A stretch of 64,000 bases of DNA from an uncultured Ignavibacteriaceae bacterium (GCA_964536015.1 CAZHVS010000012.1:29434-93433), one strand, 5' to 3'. Positions 40,117 to 48,920 are shown, counted from the first letter of the stretch. Numbers and translations: made by a program. Notes: a model not told the origin generated them from the sequence alone.

Positions 40117-41853
40117 TTGCTTTACCGCAATTCCAAGTCTTTTCATTCTCCTCCATAAAGTTGAAGGATTTATTTTTAAATCTTTTGCAGATTTATTTCG
40201 GTTACCATTATTTTTTTCCAGGACAGATATTATCAAATCCCTTTCAGCATTCTTAAGACTATTTAGCTCTGTTGTTTTAACCTTTACATTTGTACTTGTT
40301 TTAGTTTCAAGCAATCTTTTGGGTAAGCATTCATTCTGAATAATTTCTCCTCCGCATAAAACAAAACAATGTTCAATCACATTCTCCAACTCTCTTATAT
40401 TTCCAGGCCAATCGTAACTCATTAATACATTAAAGGCAGATGAGGAAAATTGTCTTATTTTTTTATTAAACTTTTGATTAAAGAATTCTATAAAATGATT
40501 TATTATCAAAGGCAGATCATCCATTCTTTCTCTTAATGGCGGAAGATGAATGTTGATAACGTTAATTCTATAAAACAAATCTTCTCGAAACCTTCCAGAT
40601 GTTATTTCTTCTAAAAGATTTTTATTTGTAGCTGCAATAATTCTGGAATTAATTTTTATTATTTTGTTTCCGCCAACTCTTTCAAATTCCCGGGTTTCCA
40701 AAACTCTTAGTAGTTTTGTTTGAACTGGAATTGAAAGATCTCCAATTTCATCAAGGAATAGAGTCCCGCCTTGAGAAAGCTCAAATTTTCCAATTTTTGT
40801 TTTTATTGCTCCAGTGAAAGCTCCTTTTTCATGACCAAATAATTCGCTTTCAATAAGAGTTTCAACAAACGCGCTGCAATTGACTGCAATAAAAGGTTCT
40901 GTTTTTCTTGAGCTATTGAGATGAATAGCTCGAGCTGCTAATTCCTTTCCTGTCCCACTTTCTCCTGTAATTAAAACGGTACTATCGGTTTGAGAAACAC
41001 TTTCAAGAACAGAAATAATCTGTCTGATTTCCTTATTCCTTCCAACAATATTTTCATACTTAAAAAAGTCGTGAAGGTGTGCTGATAAATTTTTTAATTC
41101 GGAAATATCAAGAAATGTCTCTATTGCCCCTATCTTTTCATTTTTATTATTTGTCAGGATGTTTGAATTTACTTTTATCGGTACTTTTTTACCACTTTTA
41201 TGAATGATCTCTAATTCATTCCCCAACATTGCTTTTCCATTTTGAAGAGTATGTTCCATATGACAGCCATTTTGACACAATGCTGAATTGAATATTTCCC
41301 AGCATTTTTTTCCAACAGCCTCAGACTTTTTATAACCAGTTATTTTTTCTGCCGAATTATTAAATGATGTAATCACCCAATCATTGCTGATTGTAAAAGT
41401 TCCTTCTATGTTGCTGTTAAAAATTGCGTCAAGTTTATTTTTCTGATCAATTAACTCCATAGTTTTTAATTGAATTTCCTCAGCAAGAGAAAGCATTTCT
41501 CTGGTATCTCTAAACACAAACACTACACTAAGGACGTTATTCTCTCTTGTGATTGGAGAAAGTGATGCAAGAACATTTTTAATGTTTCTTTTTTTATCCG
41601 TAATATTAAACGAAAGGTTATTCAAAGACAGATTTTCTTCCAGCGATTTCCGAATTGTCTTTCTTTCTTCAAAATTTTTTAAAAATAGAAATTCAAATTT
41701 CTGTCCTATTACTTCATCTTCAGAAAACCCTGTTATCCTCGATGCTGCCTCATTAAAAACAATTATATTTTCATCTTTACCAATTACCACAATACCATCA
41801 GGGACAATCAATGATTCTCTATTTTTATCAATAATTTGTTGTACATCAGCCAT
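40114..41853 (-). CDS. sigma-54-dependent transcriptional activator with tandem PAS sensor domains
   Basis: Two PAS-like regions, an AAA+ core with GESGTGKE and the GAFTGA loop ([10 protein letters not shown]), and a C-terminal Fis-type HTH. I prefer the ATG at 41853 (MADVQQ); the ORF-track start at 41865 is TTG. Confidence 0.9.
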   Translation of the reverse strand: MADVQQIIDKNRESLIVPDGIVVIGKDENIIVFNEAASRITGFSEDEVIGQKFEFLFLKNFEERKTIRKSLEENLSLNNLSFNITDKKRNIKNVLASLSPITRENNVLSVVFVFRDTREMLSLAEEIQLKTMELIDQKNKLDAIFNSNIEGTFTISNDWVITSFNNSAEKITGYKKSEAVGKKCWEIFNSALCQNGCHMEHTLQNGKAMLGNELEIIHKSGKKVPIKVNSNILTNNKNEKIGAIETFLDISELKNLSAHLHDFFKYENIVGRNKEIRQIISVLESVSQTDSTVLITGESGTGKELAARAIHLNSSRKTEPFIAVNCSAFVETLIESELFGHEKGAFTGAIKTKIGKFELSQGGTLFLDEIGDLSIPVQTKLLRVLETREFERVGGNKIIKINSRIIAATNKNLLEEITSGRFREDLFYRINVINIHLPPLRERMDDLPLIINHFIEFFNQKFNKKIRQFSSSAFNVLMSYDWPGNIRELENVIEHCFVLCGGEIIQNECLPKRLLETKTSTNVKVKTTELNSLKNAERDLIISVLEKNNGNRNKSAKDLKINPSTLWRRMKRLGIAVKQ

Positions 41854-41870
41854 ATTGTTTTCCAAAAGAT

Positions 41871-41940
41871 ATATTGCAACAATACAAAGAATAGTGCATT
41901 AATGCAATCTTATTGCAATTATCAATGCATAATTGCAATC
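41871..41940. promoter_or_regulatory. cluster of short TGCA/TTGCAA-core palindromes (candidate regulator binding sites)
   Basis: ATTGCAAC (41873-80), TGCATTAATGCA (41895-906), ATTGCAAT (41912-19), ATGCAT (41925-30) and ATTGCAAT (41931-38), in the divergent intergenic region between the activator and the radical SAM gene. Confidence 0.35.
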
Positions 41941-42034
41941 AACCTAAGAAAATGGTCTTCATTTTGAACTGGAATAGCAGAATAGCTCTGGTATGAATTT
42001 AGAGTATTATTATTTTGTAAAATGAGCTGTAATA

Positions 42035-43066
42035 ATGAAAAATAGAATAAGCCACTGGTTAAGGAAAAAAGTAGAATTACTTTGTCTATATTTAGAAAAA
42101 AGCATTCTTTCAGACCCATCGCTTCGATGTAAAATAGTATATGGTCCCATTCGTTCAAGAAGGCTCGGTTTAGTACTTGGAGTTAACAATATAAAACCAA
42201 ATCTATGTTCGTATAATTGTATATATTGTCCGGGTGGTAAAACGACCTGTTGTTCTGTTTGTACGAGTAATTGTTTGTCCCCCTATGAATTATTCGTCTC
42301 TGTAAAAAAGAAGCTCGATGAAATAAACAAAAGCGGAAAAAAAATTGATTACATTTTGTTTGCCGGAAGCGGTGAACCAGCACTTGACACAAGTCTTTCT
42401 CAAGAAATTCAACTTCTCAGAGAATTTGACCACAAAATAGCTGTTTTTACTAATGCATCGTTATTGTGGAATGAAAACATACAGGAAAATTTATTATATG
42501 CCGATTATATATCAGTTAAAATTGATACTGTAAACGAAAATACCTGGTTAAAAATTAATAGACCGCACGAAAGATTAAACTACGATTTAATTCTGAATGG
42601 CATAAAACAATTTTCTAAAAAATTTAAAGGAACATTAACTACTGCTACGACCTTACTTAAGGACATAAATGATAACGAGGAAGAAGTAATTCAACTTGCA
42701 AAATTTTTAAATTCAATAAAAATTAAAACCGCTTATTTTTTGACTCCAATTTATCCCCCGGCTGAAGATTACGCTATAAGTCCCGAGGAAGAAACTCTTG
42801 AAAAGTTATCACAAATAATTACAGCTAACATTCATAACTCGTGTAAACTTTGTTGCCCGGACAAAGAAGAGTTTTTTATTACAAATGATTTCGAAAATGA
42901 ACTAATCGGACTACTAAAAGTTCACCCGGTAGACAAAGACTCGGTAACGGCATTTGCAAATGCTAACAATAAAATTGAAAATTTAAGAGAAATGATTTCA
43001 AATAATCTAATTGGCGAACAGATTTTTTCGAGTAAGAAATATTTTGTAAAAACTGAAACAAAATAG
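42035..43066 (+). CDS. radical SAM protein
   Basis: IVYGPIRSRRLGLVLGVNNIKPNLCSYNCIYCPGG carries the CxxxCxxC cluster motif, preceded by the YGP..SRRLG..LG signature shared by a set of uncharacterised radical SAM enzymes. Confidence 0.8.
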   Translation: MKNRISHWLRKKVELLCLYLEKSILSDPSLRCKIVYGPIRSRRLGLVLGVNNIKPNLCSYNCIYCPGGKTTCCSVCTSNCLSPYELFVSVKKKLDEINKSGKKIDYILFAGSGEPALDTSLSQEIQLLREFDHKIAVFTNASLLWNENIQENLLYADYISVKIDTVNENTWLKINRPHERLNYDLILNGIKQFSKKFKGTLTTATTLLKDINDNEEEVIQLAKFLNSIKIKTAYFLTPIYPPAEDYAISPEEETLEKLSQIITANIHNSCKLCCPDKEEFFITNDFENELIGLLKVHPVDKDSVTAFANANNKIENLREMISNNLIGEQIFSSKKYFVKTETK

Positions 43067-43075
43067 GAAATCCAA

Positions 43076-43522
43076 ATGAAAGAAAAAGTTAAAATAGGAA
43101 TAATTATCTGTGATAGATATAAAAGTTGTGCGGGTGGAAAGTGTTTCAGAGCTATTAGAGAGAGAGTCGGTGGTTTTGATATTTATCGAGATAAAGATGT
43201 TGAACTTATCGGATACACAAGTTGCGGCGGATGTCCCGGTGGAAATATTGAATATGCGCCTGAAGAATTGAAAAAAAATGGTGTAGAAATAATTCATTTT
43301 GCAACTGGAATGGTAGTAGGTTATCCACCCTGTCCTTATATAAAAGACTTCAAAAATTTTATTGAAACAAAATATGGACTAAACGTGGTTGTGGGGACAC
43401 ATCCTATTCCAGAAAAATATTATCGCACGCATAAAAAATTACAGACATGGAAAGCGGATGAATGGGATGAATTATTAAAACCAACATTAAAAGATGAAGA
43501 AATAAGATTAGCATATGATTGA
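43076..43522 (+). CDS. CGGC-domain protein
   Basis: IGIIICDRYKSCAGGKCFRAI...GYTSCGGCPGG...PPCPY matches the Cys pattern of the CGGC domain. Confidence 0.75.
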   Translation: MKEKVKIGIIICDRYKSCAGGKCFRAIRERVGGFDIYRDKDVELIGYTSCGGCPGGNIEYAPEELKKNGVEIIHFATGMVVGYPPCPYIKDFKNFIETKYGLNVVVGTHPIPEKYYRTHKKLQTWKADEWDELLKPTLKDEEIRLAYD

Positions 43523-43570
43523 TTTTTAAGAATTAAGAAATAATAATAAAATTATACAAAGGAGCAAATT

Positions 43571-43819
43571 ATGCCAAATTTAGATAGAACAGGTCCTTTA
43601 GGACAAGGAGCAATGACAGGTGGAAGAAGAGGTAGTTGCCGTACAAATCGAACAGAACAAAGCAGCAATAATTCAGATGCCTCTCGTGAAATAACTCAAA
43701 ATATTAAAAGTAACGAAGTTGGACTAGGATTGCAGAATGGAAAAGGTCGCGCCCATAGATTCAGAGGAGGAGATGGAACAAACGGTAGAAGAAACAGAAG
43801 AGGATATGGTTGGAAATAA
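43571..43819 (+). CDS. DUF5320-like small protein with Arg/Gly-rich tail
   Basis: The N-terminus MPNLDRTGPLGQGAMTGGRRGSC matches the MPxxDxTGPxGxGPMTGRxxGxC signature. The tail is RFRGGDGTNGRRNRRGYGWK. Confidence 0.65.
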   Translation: MPNLDRTGPLGQGAMTGGRRGSCRTNRTEQSSNNSDASREITQNIKSNEVGLGLQNGKGRAHRFRGGDGTNGRRNRRGYGWK

Positions 43820-43910
43820 TTAGTAATAAAAAGCTAAAATAAGAATTAATAAAAAATCTCTTTAACTAGTGAAAAAATATTTATAAAGAAATATAGAAGG
43901 AACAATAAAA

Positions 43911-44291
43911 ATGAATTACAGAATTGCAATTGCAATTGAAGAAAATGGTATTGAAGAAAGAGTTGCCGAACATTTTGGAAGATGTTCCAAATTTAATGTT
44001 TGTGAACTTGATGAAAATAAAAATGTAATAAAGACAGAAACGTTTTTTAACCCTCTTGCAGGAGAGCATGGAGGATCTTGTCAGCTCCCGGGTTATGTAA
44101 AACAATACAATGTACAAACAATTATTGCAGGAGGCATGGGACAGAAAGCTGTATCTAATTTTTTATCATTTGGAATAGATGTTATTACAGCTCCTGGACT
44201 ATTATATAAAGATGCGTTAGATCAATTTCTTCTTGGCAAGTTATCTGGTTATGAATCTTGTTCGCATGGACATTCGCACAATTGTAATTAG
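43911..44291 (+). CDS. NifB/NifX-family (dinitrogenase FeMo-cofactor-binding domain) protein
   Basis: MNYRIAIAIEENG...VAEHFGRCSKFNVCELDE...IIAGGMGQKA is the typical fold signature. His/Cys-rich tail CSHGHSHNCN. Confidence 0.8.
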   Translation: MNYRIAIAIEENGIEERVAEHFGRCSKFNVCELDENKNVIKTETFFNPLAGEHGGSCQLPGYVKQYNVQTIIAGGMGQKAVSNFLSFGIDVITAPGLLYKDALDQFLLGKLSGYESCSHGHSHNCN

Positions 44292-44305
44292 AGCAAGGTA
44301 CAAAC

Positions 44306-45172
44306 ATCAATATTTCAATTGCATCAGGGAAGGGCGGAACTGGTAAGACTACAGTTGCTGTAAGCCTGGCTTCAATTATTCAGGACAGCATTTATATTGA
44401 TTGTGATGTAGAGGAGCCAAATGGGCATATTCTTCTAAAACCGAATTTCGACGAAGAAATTTTTTCACAAAAAATGCTGCCCAAAATAGATTACAACAAA
44501 TGCAATTTTTGTAATAAATGTGTATCCGTTTGCGAATTTCATGCTCTTTTTAATTTGAAGGATGAAATTATTCTTTTTAATGAATTATGTCACGGATGCG
44601 GTGCGTGCACATATTTTTGTCCACATAAAGCAATTACCGAAAAACCCAAAACAATTGGCTATGTTCGCAAAGGATTTTCTTCAATAAACAAGATTCAATT
44701 TGTCGATGGACTTTTGAATGTTGGAGAAGCGACTGTAACTCCATTAATTAAAGATGTTAAATCAAATATCAATAAGAATAAAATAAATATTATTGATTCA
44801 CCTCCGGGAACTTCTTGTTCAATGGTTGAAGCAGTAAGGAATTCAGATTATTGTATTCTTGTTACCGAATCAACTCCCTTTGGTTTGCACGATTTAAAAC
44901 TTGCTGTTGATGTATTAAGAATTCTAAAAATTCCATTCGGAGTTATAATTAATAAATATGAAAAAGGGTTTGTAAATTTGGAACAATATCTTTTCTCAGA
45001 AAAAATAAATATCCTTTTAAAAATTCCCTATGATAAACAAATTGCTGTTGAATATTCTAATGGAAAAATTCCCGTCCTGGTTTCGGAAAACCTATTTAAT
45101 GTTTTTAATGAAATGAAAGAAGAATTGTTTTCTATAATTCTAACAAGTAAAACAAGTCACGATGGGAAATAA
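44306..45172 (+). CDS. MinD/Mrp-like P-loop ATPase with 2x[4Fe-4S] ferredoxin insert; no canonical start codon upstream of the Walker A
   Basis: The ORF track begins at ATG 44474, but the same frame is open from 44288 and encodes ..NINISIASGKGGTGKTTVAVSLA.. (Walker A at 44327-44353). Ferredoxin motifs are CNFCNKCVSVC and CHGCGACTYFCP. The proposed start at ATC 44306 (AAGG 7 nt upstream) or ATT 44312 is an inference. Confidence 0.6.
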   Translation: MNISIASGKGGTGKTTVAVSLASIIQDSIYIDCDVEEPNGHILLKPNFDEEIFSQKMLPKIDYNKCNFCNKCVSVCEFHALFNLKDEIILFNELCHGCGACTYFCPHKAITEKPKTIGYVRKGFSSINKIQFVDGLLNVGEATVTPLIKDVKSNINKNKINIIDSPPGTSCSMVEAVRNSDYCILVTESTPFGLHDLKLAVDVLRILKIPFGVIINKYEKGFVNLEQYLFSEKINILLKIPYDKQIAVEYSNGKIPVLVSENLFNVFNEMKEELFSIILTSKTSHDGK

Positions 45173-46049
45173 ATATCATCAAATAGTTATATTAAGCGGT
45201 AAAGGGGGAACAGGCAAAACAACGTTTACTGCATCGTTTGCTAAACTGTTGCAAAACAAAACCGTTATTGATTGTGATGTAGATGCGGCTAATTTGCATT
45301 TGCTACTTAATCCTACTATAACTGATGAGTTTACGTTTGTTGGTGGACGCAAAGCATTAATAGATTTAAGCAATTGTAATAAGTGTGGATTATGTGAAGA
45401 ACTTTGTCGTTTTGATGCAATTAAAAATTTCTTTATTGATCCGATCAGCTGTGAGGGTTGTGGCTTATGTGTTAAAGCTTGTCCTTCATCCGCAATATCT
45501 TTTTTACCCAATACTTCCGGTAAATACTTTAAATGCAAAACAGAAGACGATTCTCTTTTCTATTATGCGCGGCTAAATCCCGGAGAAGGCAATTCAGGTA
45601 AACTTGTAAGTGAAATAAAAAAAGAAGCTGTTAAAAATCTTTCTAAAAACACAGAGTGGCTTATTATCGATGGACCTCCCGGCATAGGCTGCCCTGTAAA
45701 TGCAAGTCTCTCGGGTTCGGACTTTGTTTTACTAATAACTGAACCAACTCTTTCAGCTTTACACGACTTAAAAAGATTAATTGCTCTTATAACAAACTTA
45801 AAATATAAACATGGTCTTGTTATAAATAAATTTGATTTAAATGAACATATTACTGAAGAAATAATTAATTATACAAAGAAAATTCATACACCAATCATGG
45901 GTATGTTAGAATTCAATCCGGATTTTGCTTATGCTCTTCTTTCGGGCAAAACAATAATTGAATATAATTCAGAAATCAAAAAACAAATTCAAAATATTCT
46001 TAATAAAATAATTTTTTTTGTACAACACATAAATGGAGATGAATTATGA
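45162..46049 (+). CDS. MinD/Mrp-like P-loop ATPase with 2x[4Fe-4S] ferredoxin insert (second copy)
   Basis: Walker A is ILSGKGGTGKTT. Ferredoxin motifs are CNKCGLCEELC and CEGCGLCVKACP. Overlaps the preceding gene by 11 nt. Confidence 0.85.
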   Translation: MGNKYHQIVILSGKGGTGKTTFTASFAKLLQNKTVIDCDVDAANLHLLLNPTITDEFTFVGGRKALIDLSNCNKCGLCEELCRFDAIKNFFIDPISCEGCGLCVKACPSSAISFLPNTSGKYFKCKTEDDSLFYYARLNPGEGNSGKLVSEIKKEAVKNLSKNTEWLIIDGPPGIGCPVNASLSGSDFVLLITEPTLSALHDLKRLIALITNLKYKHGLVINKFDLNEHITEEIINYTKKIHTPIMGMLEFNPDFAYALLSGKTIIEYNSEIKKQIQNILNKIIFFVQHINGDEL

Positions 46050-46381
46050 AAATTGCTGTAACATCAACAGGAGGCTCTATGGAAGCTCTTATGAGTGAAC
46101 AATTTGGACGCTGTCAATATTTTTTAATAGTGGATCCCGATACTATGAAATTTGAAACCCTATCAAATCTTGGCGAACAAATGCAAAGCGGTGCCGGACT
46201 TAAAGCTGCTGAGTTAATAATTAACAGGGGCGCTAAAGTTCTTCTTACCGGTCACGTTGGCGATAAAGCCGAAGAAGCTCTCAAACGAGGTGGGATAAAA
46301 ATCGTTGATGGATATAAAGGTAACATAAAAGTTCGTGAGGCAATTAATGATTTTTTATCACAACACAAAGAAGAGAAATAA
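46046..46381 (+). CDS. NifB/NifX-family (FeMo-cofactor-binding domain) protein (second copy)
   Basis: MKIAVTSTGGSMEALMSEQFGRCQYFLIVD...LLTGHVGDKA. ATGA overlap with the preceding ATPase gene. Confidence 0.8.
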   Translation: MKIAVTSTGGSMEALMSEQFGRCQYFLIVDPDTMKFETLSNLGEQMQSGAGLKAAELIINRGAKVLLTGHVGDKAEEALKRGGIKIVDGYKGNIKVREAINDFLSQHKEEK

Positions 46382-46927
46382 ATGTACGTTCCAACAAAAA
46401 TATTTTTTACAAAAGGTGTAGGCAGACATAAAGATTATCTTAGTTCCTTTGAAGCCGCTTTAAGAAACGCCGGTATTGAAATGTGCAATTTGGTCATGGT
46501 CAGTAGCATTTTTCCTCCGGGCTGCAAAATAATTCCTAAACAGAAGGGTTTAAAAAAGATTGATCCGGGTCAAATAACTTTTGCTGTTATGGCAAGGAAT
46601 TCAACTAATGAACCAAACCGTTTAATTGCTGCATCTGTTGGGGTTGCAATTCCGGCGAACGGCAAGCATTATGGCTATCTTTCCGAATATCACCCATTTG
46701 GTGTAAAAGAAAAAATCGCCGGAGATTATGCAGAAGATCTGGCAGCACAAATGCTTGCAACAACTTTAGGTGTTGAATTTGATTCACAAACGGATTGGAA
46801 TGAAAGAGAACAGGTATTCAAGATGTCAGGAAAAATTGTTAAAACCTTTAATATTACGCAATCTGCAGAGGGAGATAAAACAGGTATGTGGACAACTGTT
46901 CTTTCAGCCGCTATTCTGTTACCATAA
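46382..46927 (+). CDS. pdaD: pyruvoyl-dependent arginine decarboxylase
   Basis: [40 protein letters not shown] is the conserved self-processing region of PvlArgDC. The start codon directly abuts the preceding stop. Confidence 0.85.
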   Translation: MYVPTKIFFTKGVGRHKDYLSSFEAALRNAGIEMCNLVMVSSIFPPGCKIIPKQKGLKKIDPGQITFAVMARNSTNEPNRLIAASVGVAIPANGKHYGYLSEYHPFGVKEKIAGDYAEDLAAQMLATTLGVEFDSQTDWNEREQVFKMSGKIVKTFNITQSAEGDKTGMWTTVLSAAILLP

Positions 46928-46932
46928 TAATT

Positions 46933-47343
46933 ATGAATATTGATTTATCTAAAATTATAATTGAAACAAATATTGAAATAAATGCTTACGATATTGATAT
47001 TGCCGGGCACGTTAACAATATTGTCTTTATAAGATGGTTAGAAGATTTACGAAATAAATTATTTTCTGCAATTTGTCCATTGGAGAAATTATTGGAAAAT
47101 AATTTTTATCTTGTCGTAATTTCAACCGAGGTTAAATATAAAAAACAAGTCCGGTTGTTTGATAAACCACACGGCATTATGTATCTAGAAAATGTTTCAC
47201 ATGGTGTATTTGTTTTTAAGGCACAGATAGTCCTAAAAAATAAAATTATTTTTGAAGCAACTCAAAGAGGCGTTTTAATGAATCTATGTTCGGGGACAAT
47301 GTATTCAGGAAAAATAAGCGATTTCATTTCGAGTATTAAATAA
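46933..47343 (+). CDS. hotdog-fold acyl-CoA thioesterase (4HBT/YbgC-like)
   Basis: INAYDIDIAGHVNNIVFIRWLEDLR matches the 4HBT catalytic region (D..GHV.N..Y). I prefer the ATG at 46933 over the ORF-track start at 46888, which overlaps pdaD. Confidence 0.7.
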   Translation: MNIDLSKIIIETNIEINAYDIDIAGHVNNIVFIRWLEDLRNKLFSAICPLEKLLENNFYLVVISTEVKYKKQVRLFDKPHGIMYLENVSHGVFVFKAQIVLKNKIIFEATQRGVLMNLCSGTMYSGKISDFISSIK

Positions 47344-47417
47344 AAAATCTTTCGTGATTGCATCCAAAATCACGAATAATCATCCAATGAATAAAAATAA
47401 TAAAAACTTATAAATAA

Positions 47418-48257
47418 ATGGATATTGCATTAAAAATAGCAAAAGAGTCTTTTCAGATTACTTTGCTGGTTGCTGTAATGATGATTCTTGTTGACGTAAT
47501 TAATGTTGCTACAAAAAACAAACTCGAATCATTTTTTATTAATGCAAGAAAGTTTAAACAATATGTGCTTGCATCATTAATAGGAGCTGTCCCTGGTTGC
47601 ATTGGTGGATTTACAAATGTTTCTCTTTACATTCATGGCTTAATTAGCTTTGGAGCACTTACGGGTGCAATGGTTTCTGTTTCTGGCGATGAAGCTTTCG
47701 TAATGCTTGCAATGTTTCCTAAACAAGCTATCATCCTTTTTGCTGTTCTTTTTATGATTGGAATTTTTAGTGGATGGTTAATTGACATTATTATTAAAAA
47801 GTATAAAATTCCAGTTTGTGAAAATTGTAAAGAGATGGTTGTTCATCCAAAAGAAATAGGATTCAAACATTACCTTAAAGAACACATTTATGGACATATA
47901 ATTAAAAAGCATCTTTGGAAAACTGTTCTCTGGACTTTTGGAGCTTTAGCTGTTGTTGAGTTTGGACTCAAATATTTACACCTCGAAGAGTTTACTTCAC
48001 AATATAAAGTTGTATTTCTTCTCGTTAGTGCGTTGATTGGATTGATTCCTGAATCTGGTCCTCACCTGATATTTGTTACATTATTTGCACAAGGATTGAT
48101 TCCTTTTTCAGTATTGCTTACAAGCTCTATTGTTCAGGATGGACATGGAATGCTGCCAATGCTTTCATATTCCTTGAGAGATTATATTAAAATAAAATTA
48201 TTTAATCTTCTTATTGGAATATTTATTGGCTTATCTCTTTTACTTATGGGCTTATAA
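47418..48257 (+). CDS. polytopic membrane protein, possibly of the putative 10-TM heavy-metal exporter (ArsP_2-like) family
   Basis: About 8-10 TM helices and a central CENCKEM...H..E..H.H segment. The family assignment is from memory of overall features only. Confidence 0.35.
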   Translation: MDIALKIAKESFQITLLVAVMMILVDVINVATKNKLESFFINARKFKQYVLASLIGAVPGCIGGFTNVSLYIHGLISFGALTGAMVSVSGDEAFVMLAMFPKQAIILFAVLFMIGIFSGWLIDIIIKKYKIPVCENCKEMVVHPKEIGFKHYLKEHIYGHIIKKHLWKTVLWTFGALAVVEFGLKYLHLEEFTSQYKVVFLLVSALIGLIPESGPHLIFVTLFAQGLIPFSVLLTSSIVQDGHGMLPMLSYSLRDYIKIKLFNLLIGIFIGLSLLLMGL

Positions 48258-48368
48258 AATAAATTCAATTTAATTAAATAAGTCCGTTAATTTTACTCTG
48301 AACTTCTTTCTGAAACTATTTAGTCATTTCATCATCTTACCTAAGTAGAAATTAAAAAATAAATATAT

Positions 48369-48617
48369 ATGAATAATCAACCAAAAGTTATAGTATTTTC
48401 AACGCCAACCTGTACATTCTGCAATCAGGCAAAAAGATATTTTAAAGAAAAAAATATCAGATTTACTGATGTTGATGTTTCAAAAGATCAATCAGCCGCA
48501 AGAGATATGATGCGAAGAACAGGGCAGATGGGCGTACCGGTAATTTTAATTAATAACAAAGCTATAATCGGCTTTGATAGAAATAAGATCAATCAAATGT
48601 TAAACATAAAAAACTAA
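48369..48617 (+). CDS. glutaredoxin-like protein (NrdH/YruB-like)
   Basis: 82 aa. VIVFSTPTCTFCNQAKRYF carries the CxxC, with GVPVILIN as the cis-Pro region. Confidence 0.8.
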   Translation: MNNQPKVIVFSTPTCTFCNQAKRYFKEKNIRFTDVDVSKDQSAARDMMRRTGQMGVPVILINNKAIIGFDRNKINQMLNIKN

Positions 48618-48627
48618 CGGAGTTATA

Positions 48628-48900
48628 ATGAAGATTAAACCATTAGATGATAGAGTATTACTTGAACCAATGCCAGCAGAAGAAAAAACATCTTCTGGAT
48701 TAATTATACCTGATTCTGCAAAGGAAAAACCGCGTGTTGGTGTTGTTATTGCAGTAGGTACTGATGAGGATTTAAAAGAAAAAATTAAAGAAGGTAACAA
48801 AGTTCTTTTTGCCAAATACGGCGGAGACGAAATTGAAATGAATGGCAAAGAATATAGAATTTTACAACGCTCTGATATTCTTGCTGTAGTTGAAGATTAA
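48628..48900 (+). CDS. groES: co-chaperonin GroES (stand-alone copy, no adjacent groEL)
   Basis: MKIKPLDDRVLLEPMPAEEKTSSGLIIPDSAKEKP..G.VIAVG is canonical Cpn10. 90 aa. Confidence 0.9.
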   Translation: MKIKPLDDRVLLEPMPAEEKTSSGLIIPDSAKEKPRVGVVIAVGTDEDLKEKIKEGNKVLFAKYGGDEIEMNGKEYRILQRSDILAVVED

Positions 48901-48920
48901 TTAAACAGAAAAGGAATAAA

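Noticed and set aside
41969-42006. Possible sigma-54 promoters (CTGGAATAGCAGAATAGC and CTGGTATGAATTTAGAG) upstream of the radical SAM gene
   Set aside because: The first has the wrong GG-to-GC spacing. The second lacks the conserved -12 GC. Neither meets the TGGCAC-N5-TTGC pattern.
41922-42158. 78-aa minus-strand ORF spanning the activator/radical-SAM intergenic region
   Set aside because: It overlaps the radical SAM start and the palindrome array, has no homology signature or ribosome-binding site, and is most likely a chance ORF in AT-rich sequence.
43007-45538. Minus-strand ORFs 43007..43297, 43881..44117 and 45179..45538, antisense to the radical-SAM, NifX and MinD genes
   Set aside because: They are contained in or overlap strongly supported plus-strand genes, and their translations have no domain signatures.
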